DNA of 64,000 bases from NCBI GenBank assembly GCA_963740315.1, contig CAVUDP010000001.1, positions 1,184,001 to 1,248,000 of the forward strand, given 5' to 3'. A model generated the notes under the pieces. That model worked only from the letters and a program-made list of their open reading frames with translations. It searched no databases and was not told the origin of the DNA. Made by a program: the position numbers and the translations under genes. Shown here in pieces: positions 10,200 to 18,831 of this stretch (position 1 is the first letter of the stretch; each line of letters begins with the position of its first letter). The stretch comes from an uncultured cyanobacterium (GTDB lineage Bacteria; Cyanobacteriota; Cyanobacteriia; Cyanobacteriales; Nostocaceae).

Positions 10200-11219
10200 C
10201 TAAACCCAAAATTTTACCTCTACCGATTTATCCGGAAGTTGTCTTGGATCTTTACCTGCTGCGATTTGATTGCGAATAGACTCAACAAAAATGTGAATGG
10301 TGTCAGCAGGAGTATTCGCAAACTGCGTACCGTACTTTTCAATAACTTCCCACTGAATCTTTAAAGCTTCAATATCTTGACGGATAATATGCTGTGTAGT
10401 CCAATGTACGAGGGGCTTTGTTAGTTTATTCCAAATCCCATAATTATAGGTAACATAGGTATAAACTAAAGTCGAATGTTCTGTTTCTGGAACGCATTGA
10501 CTGGTGATAAAAAGTCTTCTTTTCGCTGACATCTCGTACTCAACGCTGGTGACATTCGGCATATGAAAGCTATCGATATGGCGAATTTTATCACCTTTAT
10601 TATTGAGAAACTTTGTAAACCAGCCCAGATTACTGGTTTCGTTACGGTATTCGGCAAACACGCTACCATTGCGTCTTTCCACAGTCATTTCTAACTGTTG
10701 TTTGCTGGGTTTGCGAAAGATTCCGGGATGTACCGAAGCGGTATGAGGAACATCAATAAAATTTTCGGCGCAATTGGTGACGTTATTATGGAAGCGATTG
10801 ATTACTCTTACAGTTTCCCATCCCGGTTGTTGATACTGAGGCATTTTGAAAGGTGGAAATTCCTCAGCAGGTGACGACAACCGCACGTAAACGTAACCAT
10901 CTTGTTCTAAAGTTTGATAAGCTTGGCACTTTCGCATTTTGCTTTGACAAAAACTCTCTCCTTCCGAAGGTACCGTCGTAACCTTGCCAGTATTATCGTA
11001 AACCCAACCGTGGTAGGGGCATTCAAGCTTTCCTTGACAAACTTTACCTTTCGATAAGCGGGTATTTCTGTGAATGCACCTATCTTGTAAAGCAACGGGT
11101 TTCCCATCTTCGCCACGGAATACCGCCAGCCATTCACCTAAAATTGTGCGCGAAAGAACTTGATTTGGTTTTAATTGGTTGCTGAATGCAACAACATACC
11201 AAAAATCTTCAAATTTCAT
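10200..11219 (-). CDS. Rieske non-heme iron oxygenase (VanA-like alpha subunit)
   Basis: DRCIH...CPYHGW Rieske motif; ENFIDVPHTASVH mononuclear Fe motif. Confidence 0.92.
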   Translation of the reverse strand: MKFEDFWYVVAFSNQLKPNQVLSRTILGEWLAVFRGEDGKPVALQDRCIHRNTRLSKGKVCQGKLECPYHGWVYDNTGKVTTVPSEGESFCQSKMRKCQAYQTLEQDGYVYVRLSSPAEEFPPFKMPQYQQPGWETVRVINRFHNNVTNCAENFIDVPHTASVHPGIFRKPSKQQLEMTVERRNGSVFAEYRNETSNLGWFTKFLNNKGDKIRHIDSFHMPNVTSVEYEMSAKRRLFITSQCVPETEHSTLVYTYVTYNYGIWNKLTKPLVHWTTQHIIRQDIEALKIQWEVIEKYGTQFANTPADTIHIFVESIRNQIAAGKDPRQLPDKSVEVKFWV

Positions 11220-11297
11220 TACTGTTGTTAGTTGTTAGTTGTTATTACGAATAAAAAACAGATAGTTGATAATGTTCGCATCATGTTTTTAATCTTT

Positions 11298-11431
11298 ATT
11301 AATACTAAGAGGTTCGTAGTAAGGGCTTCAGCCCCCCTCCGGATTAATACTAAGAGGTTCGTAGTAAGGGCTTCAGCCCCCCTCCGGATTAATACTAAGA
11401 GGTTCGTAGTAAGGGCTTTAGCCCCCCTCCG
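11298..11431. repeat. Three tandem 45-bp repeats
   Basis: ATTAATACTAAGAGGTTCGTAGTAAGGGCTTCAGCCCCCCTCCGG x3; related single unit at ~42042-42072. Confidence 0.92.
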
Positions 11432-11476
11432 ATAAATTTGCTCGATGGTTTAAATTTGAATAATTATTTAACCTAC

Positions 11477-11539
11477 CGAGCAAGATGCTGTCCTTACGGA
11501 CACGCTACGCGTTCACCGTAGGTGCGGCTAACGCACTAC
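11477..11539. repeat. Nested small dispersed repeats
   Basis: CGAGCAAGATGCT|insert|CGCACTAC; uninterrupted relative at 16295-16316 on the reverse strand. Confidence 0.7.
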
Positions 11540-11616
11540 TTGTAATTTCATGAATCATTTAGAACCGTTATATATGATTTGTAATATTTTGTTTTTCTAT
11601 GCCCTATTCCCTACCT

Positions 11617-11907
11617 TCATTTACAAGTCGTAATTTTAATATCATTAGTTAATTGAATTTGACAAGCCAGCCTTGCCCGTGAATTTTCTGGAGATAATAC
11701 CTCTAAAAGTTCTTTTTCTTCTGACGATGCAGGTGGAATATCACCTTCTACAACTACAAGACAAGTACCACAAATTCCGGTACGACAACCGAAAAGTACG
11801 GGTGAATTTTCAACAGTTAAATGTTCGGCAAGGTTTTGATTTTGTTCTAGAAACACAGGTTGGTGTTTTGTTTCTGTAAACTGGATTTTACAACTTTTTT
11901 TATTCAT
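11617..11907 (-). CDS. [2Fe-2S] ferredoxin
   Basis: FGCRTGICGTC...RLACQ. Confidence 0.93.
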   Translation of the reverse strand: MNKKSCKIQFTETKHQPVFLEQNQNLAEHLTVENSPVLFGCRTGICGTCLVVVEGDIPPASSEEKELLEVLSPENSRARLACQIQLTNDIKITTCK

Positions 11908-11973
11908 AATTTGAACTAATTTATTAATTATTCATTTTGCTATGCAATTTCACGATCGGGAAATTGAAAAAAT

Positions 11974-13014
11974 CTAAAATCTAAAATTTACTGACCATAT
12001 CGAAGGTTGAAGTTGATTTACATAGCTCATATATTTAATCAGCGGTTCGTCAATAGTCAAAACAGCGTTGGGATTATAACGAATATTGTCATAGATCGTG
12101 CCGTCTTCACCGCGTAAAAAATAGTAAGCCAATTTCGTCATTATTAATAAAAATCTACTAATAAACCAACCAATAATTCCTTTTCTCTTCTTAGTAATAT
12201 AAATAGGCTGAATTCTAGTTTTTCCACCTTCTAAAGGTGTATAGGCATAAATCATATACAAAGGTGGTATAAATCGCACTTTTTTCATGATAGTTAGCAA
12301 TCCTATACATCCATCGGCATATCTCATGGTGTATTCGTAATCATTTCCAAGTATTCTTCTAGCAATTTTCTCTCTAAATGTCGTTTGAGGAAATTCACCG
12401 CTCAAAGTAAAATCAATAATATTTCCAGATTTATTTGACTCTAATAATAAATCCATTTTGATGTTTAATTTATGCACGGTTTGAAGATGTTGAGCATCAA
12501 TTCCGTTCATCATACAAATGTGATGATGACAATTGCGTTCAAATGCTTTATCGTATGCTGTGACAAGAGATTGATTTTTTAACTCGTCAAATTCTGCTAC
12601 TTCGAGTGCTTTTGTATCTGGATAAACCCAAATAAAACCATATTTTTCGTTAATAGTATAAGCTTGTAACTTGGCTTTTTGAGGAATATTAGACTGACAG
12701 GGAATATCTTGACATTTACCTTCACCATCAAAAGCCCAATGATGGAAGAAACAACGAATCAAATTACCATCAACTTTACCGATCGCTAAATCTGTTCCTA
12801 AATGGGGACAGTAAGCATCTAATGCTCTAACATTGCCATCTTCACCGCGAAAAATTACAATTCTTTGTCCGCAAATTACAAAGGATTTAGCATTACCTTG
12901 AGGTATTTCTTTACTTGGACAAACTATGTACCAACCTTTAGCAACAACATCCCAATTGTTGAAGATTTTCATTTCGATTAAAGGTTGGGTGTTTTGGTTT
13001 TGTAATGAGTTCAT
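11974..13014 (-). CDS. Rieske non-heme iron oxygenase
   Basis: DAYCPHLG...CFFHHW; NGIDAQHLQTVH. Confidence 0.92.
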   Translation of the reverse strand: MNSLQNQNTQPLIEMKIFNNWDVVAKGWYIVCPSKEIPQGNAKSFVICGQRIVIFRGEDGNVRALDAYCPHLGTDLAIGKVDGNLIRCFFHHWAFDGEGKCQDIPCQSNIPQKAKLQAYTINEKYGFIWVYPDTKALEVAEFDELKNQSLVTAYDKAFERNCHHHICMMNGIDAQHLQTVHKLNIKMDLLLESNKSGNIIDFTLSGEFPQTTFREKIARRILGNDYEYTMRYADGCIGLLTIMKKVRFIPPLYMIYAYTPLEGGKTRIQPIYITKKRKGIIGWFISRFLLIMTKLAYYFLRGEDGTIYDNIRYNPNAVLTIDEPLIKYMSYVNQLQPSIWSVNFRF

Positions 13015-13115
13015 ATAAATTCGGTTATACAGTTATAAATAGTTTGAGAAAGGGAACGGGGAACAGAAAATATATGGAGTTTTTCCAAGATTAAAATTAT
13101 ATATTTAATTGAATA

Positions 13116-13292
13116 TTATGGGTTTTTAGCATCAAGGATAAATAGTAATGAGCCGATGATAAATAATATGCCTCCGAAAAAAGATGAAATTGAATAAAAT
13201 GATATCTCTTTAAATAAATCAAGCAAAGAATTTATAGTGAATAGAACAGAACCAATAAAAAACAAATAACTTCCTAATAACGTATAGCTCAT
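13116..13292 (-). CDS. 58-aa two-TM small membrane protein (YrhK-like); not in the ORF track
   Basis: Manual translation MSYTLLGSYLFFIGSVLFTINSLLDLFKEISFYSISSFFGGILFIIGSLLFILDAKNP*; ATG lies 11 nt downstream of the stop of the preceding gene. Confidence 0.7.
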   Translation of the reverse strand: MSYTLLGSYLFFIGSVLFTINSLLDLFKEISFYSISSFFGGILFIIGSLLFILDAKNP

Positions 13293-13303
13293 GATTTATC
13301 TTC

Positions 13304-14476
13304 TTAATTATTAATTGACCATTTTTTAAAAGCTTTTTTTTGCTGATTTAAATATTTGGAAACAGAATTCTCAGCCATCAAAGACATTTCCCGGTTACTT
13401 TTCCATAAATAATCCAAAGGTTGTAGATAAACTTTGTATGATTCCATCGCTTCATTGTGAGTTTGAAAGCTGTTGTGTAACGCTTGTGTCTCTTCGGTAA
13501 AACAACGACGCATCATGTTTTTCGCATCTGTGTCACTCATACCGAAAATGCGCGATCGCAACACTCGATAAATAGCGGGATACAGTGCAGCATCGTACCA
13601 AAATATACCGTTAACCGCTACCGAACAGTGATAATGGTCTTTTTGACAACCGCGTATTCCTAAGTTTGCAACCATTTTCTCAAAATCTGTCGGAGGTTTG
13701 ATACAGTTAATTACATCATGGGAAATTATGGTCGAACTATTGAAATGAAAGCTTTCATCCATGAAGTGATAGTAGGAAATTTTTGCGGGGATAGGAGCAT
13801 TTTCGGGATTTGGATGTTTTTGATAATAATTACTAAGTTTGTGTTGAACTAACTTACCGTTGAGAGTACGCACCCCCCGCACCGTAAAATATTGACAAGC
13901 AAGGAAAGTATTATCCGCAGATATCAACCCAAAGGCTTGTAGCTGAAGTTTTTTCCACTGACGCTTGAGAAAATTGGTATCGGTAAACACCATCGTTTCA
14001 GAATAAGGTCCGCGCATTGGGTAGCTAAATATGCGATCGGCAAACAATTTTGATTCAACTTCTTGAGAAATTATTTTAAAAGCGTTAATATGGGCGCGTT
14101 CCTGTGCGGATTCCAAATCGAGCATATCGCATATCAACCGAAAATCCTCTTGAGCATAGAGTCCAGCCGCACTAGTTTGATTAAAAAAGATAGTCGCAAT
14201 TTCAGCGGAAATGATTTGAGAATAGTAAGCTACCCAGTAAAGTTGATTGAGAATAATTCTTTGAGCGGGGCTTGCTTGTTCCCACAAAGGCGTACCAAAA
14301 AGTAAGGAAAATTGCTCTGGGTTCCAGTATTCATTTTTGCAATCATCGTACTTAAAAGCAGCCGCAGCTTCATCTAACAATTCCGTACAATCTTGCTTTT
14401 GATTGCGCTTATAGTTAATTTGCAGCTTGCGACAGACTTGTTGATTTTCTAAAAGCGTATTTTGTTTATCAAACAT
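13304..14476 (-). CDS. AurF/CylC-like ferritin-fold dimetal-carboxylate enzyme (N-oxygenase or halogenase)
   Basis: SLLFGTPLWEQAS, SAEIAT, LESAQERAH and HFMDESFH (two ExxH motifs plus extra His/Glu ligands). Confidence 0.78.
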   Translation of the reverse strand: MFDKQNTLLENQQVCRKLQINYKRNQKQDCTELLDEAAAAFKYDDCKNEYWNPEQFSLLFGTPLWEQASPAQRIILNQLYWVAYYSQIISAEIATIFFNQTSAAGLYAQEDFRLICDMLDLESAQERAHINAFKIISQEVESKLFADRIFSYPMRGPYSETMVFTDTNFLKRQWKKLQLQAFGLISADNTFLACQYFTVRGVRTLNGKLVQHKLSNYYQKHPNPENAPIPAKISYYHFMDESFHFNSSTIISHDVINCIKPPTDFEKMVANLGIRGCQKDHYHCSVAVNGIFWYDAALYPAIYRVLRSRIFGMSDTDAKNMMRRCFTEETQALHNSFQTHNEAMESYKVYLQPLDYLWKSNREMSLMAENSVSKYLNQQKKAFKKWSINN

Positions 14477-14621
14477 ATAATTACCTATTTTTCTAATATG
14501 AAAGAATTACATTTCTCCCCCCTCTTCCCCCTCTTCCCCCTCACTCAATTAACTAATCTTCTACCAGGAAGCGAATTAGCTATAGCAGTAACCGCAATAT
14601 TCTGATTTTTATATTTTCTTT

Positions 14622-15587
14622 CTAAAAAACACATCGATCGGGCTTCAAAGCTTGAAAACATCCCTTAATTTCAAGTTGTTCAACTATAGCTTTAGCGCTA
14701 GGTAAATTCATTAAACCGCGTAATATTTTCAACCGACTTCCACTATGATTTTCTGTCTCTAATTCTTCAAAAATATTGATTTTTTGGGCTTTAGATAAAT
14801 GTCCCTTGACTTGTTCAATTGCTGTCACAACAGTTTGAGGTCCTAATTGTACCATTTGTAAAAACATTGCTAATATTTCCACGATATCTTGACTCGATTT
14901 AATTGGAGATATCTTTTCAAATAGCGTTACTCCACTAGCGTGATGGCGGCTTTCATCTTGCAAAAAACCCTGAAAAACCGAACTCAACAGAGGATTTTGA
15001 CAATGAGAAGCAATACTGCGGTAATGAGTTAAACCCCATCCCTCTAAAACCACCTGAAGCACAAATAATAAAACTGCTTTATCGTCACTTTCCACTACAT
15101 CTTCCAGCAAATCCAAAAAGAGATTATTATTTACTTGTGGAGTTGGTAAAAAACGGCTAATTTGTGATAAATGGGTTACTTCATCCGCAGCAAACAAACC
15201 ATAAAGCATTCTTTCTTCAGTAGTTTCTGCCAGTAAAACCATTTTAGCCATATAACCCATCCCAGCTTTTTCGATAAAATAAGCTTCTTCCAAAACTCCC
15301 AAATTACAAAGCTGTAAAATCGAACTTTGTTCCGCAGGTGTGGAATCCTGAAAAATTTTTACGCGATCGAGATTGAAATATTTCGCATCCCAATAAGGAA
15401 TTAATATAGAATTATCAAAGCATGGATTTATGATTGTAGTGTTCGCATCTTGCTCCCTAGAAAATTCTTGGCTAGAGAACGATTTTGGGATTGTTTTTTC
15501 GAGTGCTGAAGATAAAATTCGATGTAATTTATCTTCTTGATTTACATTAGGTAAATTTAACCCAGCGATATAATATTGTTGATTCAT
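14622..15587 (-). CDS. Ferritin-like diiron-carboxylate protein
   Basis: EEAYFIE, DEVTH, VVLEGWG and DESRHH ligand pattern. Confidence 0.82.
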   Translation of the reverse strand: MNQQYYIAGLNLPNVNQEDKLHRILSSALEKTIPKSFSSQEFSREQDANTTIINPCFDNSILIPYWDAKYFNLDRVKIFQDSTPAEQSSILQLCNLGVLEEAYFIEKAGMGYMAKMVLLAETTEERMLYGLFAADEVTHLSQISRFLPTPQVNNNLFLDLLEDVVESDDKAVLLFVLQVVLEGWGLTHYRSIASHCQNPLLSSVFQGFLQDESRHHASGVTLFEKISPIKSSQDIVEILAMFLQMVQLGPQTVVTAIEQVKGHLSKAQKINIFEELETENHSGSRLKILRGLMNLPSAKAIVEQLEIKGCFQALKPDRCVF

Positions 15588-15884
15588 GATTTGATAAATG
15601 ATAATTGTTAATTGATAATTGATAATTGCTAGTTTTATCTCCTACCTGCCTTGGAATAAATTCCCAGTAACTAATATACAAACTCTGATAAATCAGACTG
15701 GGGGAAGCTTTTAGTGCGTTTTAATGTACTAATTTTGGTTGCTTGGAATTGATTTCAAGGCGATAAGTCTGACTTAACAAGACTGCTGCAAAATATGAAT
15801 CAAAATGGACGAAAAAATCTGAATAATAAACCAAGTAGTATTTTTTTATTCGCAATTTATACTTTTTAACTCCTAACTCCTAAT

Positions 15885-16172
15885 TCATAACTCATAATTC
15901 CCAACTCCTAATTCCTTCTCTTTTGGTTTTGCACATGGAGAAACAACCATAGGATGAGATTCCTTATCAAAATTTGGGTTTTTCGGTAAAATCATTGGAT
16001 CGGAATTCTCTTCAGTTTTATTTATCGCAGAATTAGTTTGCGGTAAAAACATATCAGACTCTAGATTTGAGCAGATTTCCGCTTTTTTATTAGCATTCAC
16101 ACCACAAGCAGCAAAAATAACTACTATAAACGAGTTGAAAAGCATCGAACGAATTGTCACAACTTTTTTCAT
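15885..16172 (-). CDS. Hypothetical lipoprotein
   Basis: Signal peptide with lipobox-like FAAC; C-terminus runs into a TAGGAGT STRR. Confidence 0.55.
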   Translation of the reverse strand: MKKVVTIRSMLFNSFIVVIFAACGVNANKKAEICSNLESDMFLPQTNSAINKTEENSDPMILPKNPNFDKESHPMVVSPCAKPKEKELGVGNYEL

Positions 16173-16327
16173 AATTAAAGATTTGCGATCGCGTATTTCT
16201 TATAATTGTTGTTCTTACATTTATCGTCAACCCTGTTGTTTCAATTTCAGTAACACCTAATAAAAAAAAGCATATTCGATGATGTTAAAATATCGTAGTG
16301 CGGGCATCTTGCCCGCTATAAACAATT

Positions 16328-16381
16328 AACCTTTAACCTTTAACCTTTAACCTCTAACCTTTAACCTTTAACCTTTAACCT
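16328..16381. repeat. STRR (AACCTTT)n
   Basis: About 7-8 tandem heptamers. Confidence 0.9.
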
Positions 16382-16382
16382 G

Positions 16383-17477
16383 TTAATCATTCGCTTCTCC
16401 TTTAGATTCCACCATCTCTATTTCTTTTTGTCGCTGTCTTTGTTCTTCTTCGTTTACAGGTTCCCAACTTTCCCAACACATAGCTTTTTGTTTTTCCACG
16501 TTTTGAATAAATTGCAAAATTGAATTATCTGCTTTAGTTGGTGTTTTTAAATCGAATTTAATCGTTTGAAAAATCTGGGTATCTCCCGAAGCAAAGTAGT
16601 TACCTACTTTATTTGTTAACCAAAGTACAAATCTATTAAATAACCAACCGAAAACACCGCGACGTTTTTTAGTTATTAAAATTGTTTGTCCTTCCGTTTT
16701 TCCATCTTCCAGCAAACGCAAAGCAAACATGATGTGAAAATGTAGAAAATCGGGACCTAATGTTACTGTACCGATACTTCCGTACCAATAACACATACTA
16801 TAAGTAATGGCTTTTTTATAAAAAGGACGGATTAATTTAATCAAAAATGAATCTTCACCACCCCATGTAACGTTGCTAAAAGTAACGGCATTTTCGTTGA
16901 GTTGTTGTTTACGAAAAACAATCTCTAAAGGTAAATTGTGAACCGTATTGAAGTGATGAGCATCGATCGCATTAATCATCATTACGTTGGGATGACAGTT
17001 TTTCACAAAATGAGAAGTTAAAATACTATCGCATTCCTCATTCTCCAATTCTGGTACGAAGGGTAAAGGCTGTAAAGGAGTTTCGCCAGTCCAAACCCAT
17101 ACCATGCCGTACTTTTCGGCAACTTGCCATGTTTTCAACTGCAAGGGAAGCGGGGTTCCCAAACAAGGAACATCAACGCAATTACCAGTGCGATCGAACT
17201 TCCAATTATGAAATAAACAACGCAATCCCTTACCTTCAACTTTGCCTTCTGCAAGGTGAGCGCCCATGTGGGGACAGTAAGCGTCAAAGCAAACTAATTC
17301 ACCGTCGATATCCCGATAAATTGCCAATTCTCTACCCAACAAAGAAACCGGCTTTACTTGTCCTTTTCGTAACGTTTTAGAAGGAATAGCCCAGTACCAA
17401 CCTTCAATAAAACGTCTTGAATGATTAAATATTTGCGTGTAACGATATGAACTAATACTATTTGATACGACTTTCAT
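16383..17477 (-). CDS. Rieske non-heme iron oxygenase
   Basis: DAYCPHMG...CLFHNW; NAIDAHHFNTVH; paralog of 11974-13014. Confidence 0.92.
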   Translation of the reverse strand: MKVVSNSISSYRYTQIFNHSRRFIEGWYWAIPSKTLRKGQVKPVSLLGRELAIYRDIDGELVCFDAYCPHMGAHLAEGKVEGKGLRCLFHNWKFDRTGNCVDVPCLGTPLPLQLKTWQVAEKYGMVWVWTGETPLQPLPFVPELENEECDSILTSHFVKNCHPNVMMINAIDAHHFNTVHNLPLEIVFRKQQLNENAVTFSNVTWGGEDSFLIKLIRPFYKKAITYSMCYWYGSIGTVTLGPDFLHFHIMFALRLLEDGKTEGQTILITKKRRGVFGWLFNRFVLWLTNKVGNYFASGDTQIFQTIKFDLKTPTKADNSILQFIQNVEKQKAMCWESWEPVNEEEQRQRQKEIEMVESKGEAND

Positions 17478-17619
17478 GACCTAATTATTACCGGAACTTC
17501 CGGCTTGTAAACAAGTTGTATTAAAAGGCGTTATATCAGGGATTAGCAGTTTTTGGTGTGTTGAAAGCATCATCCTAAAACTATTCTACGTCTTCTTCAA
17601 ACCAACCGCATTTATAATT

Positions 17620-18363
17620 TTAAGCCGGAATTTTTAAGGTTGATTGAGTTTCCCCCATATTGCCAGCAAACCACATTCTACGTCCGGCACGAGTCAGATT
17701 TTCTTCACAAATCTCCGTAAAACAAACTAATTCATCACCATCGAGATGACCTGAATTAAGAGTTTGGAAAAACCGGATATGTGGATCTCGCAATCTCTCA
17801 ACGGGTATACCTCGCAATCCATCGCGCAGTATGTGGGGATGGGGAAAACGAACTACGCCAGTTTTTATATCGTAATTTTCGTCAAAACGTTTGATAGCTA
17901 AATCCTGCATCAAGCGCAAAATATTTTCTGGGGTTGGCTTGTCGTATCGAGGATAAAATTCTTTCCAAAATAAGGGTAAAAAACGATAGGTGCGATAACC
18001 ACCAGAAATCAGCAGCCAGTAAAGTTTACCTTTGCAATATTCGCGACGTAGTTTATTTATCGAAGTTATCCAGCTAGTAGATAGCGCCGAACTCGACCAA
18101 GCACTTGGATCTACAATAGTGTCACCGGAAAACACAATGCTAATATCTTCACCTTCAAAACAGGTGTCGTACATTAGTAAAGTTGAAAAGCCTTTTAATT
18201 CATTTGTTTGTTCATCTTTAATCAAGATTACCCAATTTTTACTATCTAAATCGTTGTTAAATACATCTCTTTTAACTCCTTCAAAATGATTGTTTAGAAG
18301 TAAAAACATTTTTTCTGCATCCAGAGGTGATAATTCCTCGGTGCGAATCAATTGATTATTCAT
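17620..18363 (-). CDS. Hypothetical protein, putative GNAT/acyltransferase fold
   Basis: 247-aa ORF; LKGFST, VFSGDTIVDPSAW, YWLLISGGYRTYRFL; fold assignment is inference. Confidence 0.65.
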   Translation of the reverse strand: MNNQLIRTEELSPLDAEKMFLLLNNHFEGVKRDVFNNDLDSKNWVILIKDEQTNELKGFSTLLMYDTCFEGEDISIVFSGDTIVDPSAWSSSALSTSWITSINKLRREYCKGKLYWLLISGGYRTYRFLPLFWKEFYPRYDKPTPENILRLMQDLAIKRFDENYDIKTGVVRFPHPHILRDGLRGIPVERLRDPHIRFFQTLNSGHLDGDELVCFTEICEENLTRAGRRMWFAGNMGETQSTLKIPA

Positions 18364-18831
18364 TTTTTTATCAATATATCTTTGTATTTTCTTATTATTA
18401 ACTATAGATTTTAACTCCGCATAATAAATTATTACTTGTGTCAGAAAGTTATCTGTCCAAGGTAAAAACCAAGGTAAATTACTACAGAAATTAATTATAA
18501 AAGCTTTGCCAGACAGTGCTTTTGGGCATTAAAAAAAACATATTTAAAATAGTATAGCGAAACAATTAAGGTTATTAAAAATTGTAAAATACTGCTTACT
18601 TCATGGTGCTTCATCCCCGTTCAGCTATCTTCAATTCATATCTTGATTATTTATATGTTCTCTTTAAATCAATACGAACTATAAGCTTTAATTTTTAGAA
18701 TTAATTTCGCGTTTAGCTGAAGTTATTACTCCCTTCCACTTATCAGATTACCTATAAATCTCTCGTTCTTCCCCCTCTCATTCATGTTTTCGGTCGGCGC
18801 AACTATTAACAACCAAATTCTTGAAAATCAA

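Noticed and set aside
11298..11431. Possible CRISPR array
   Set aside because: Units are head-to-tail and essentially identical with no unique spacers; no cas genes in the window.
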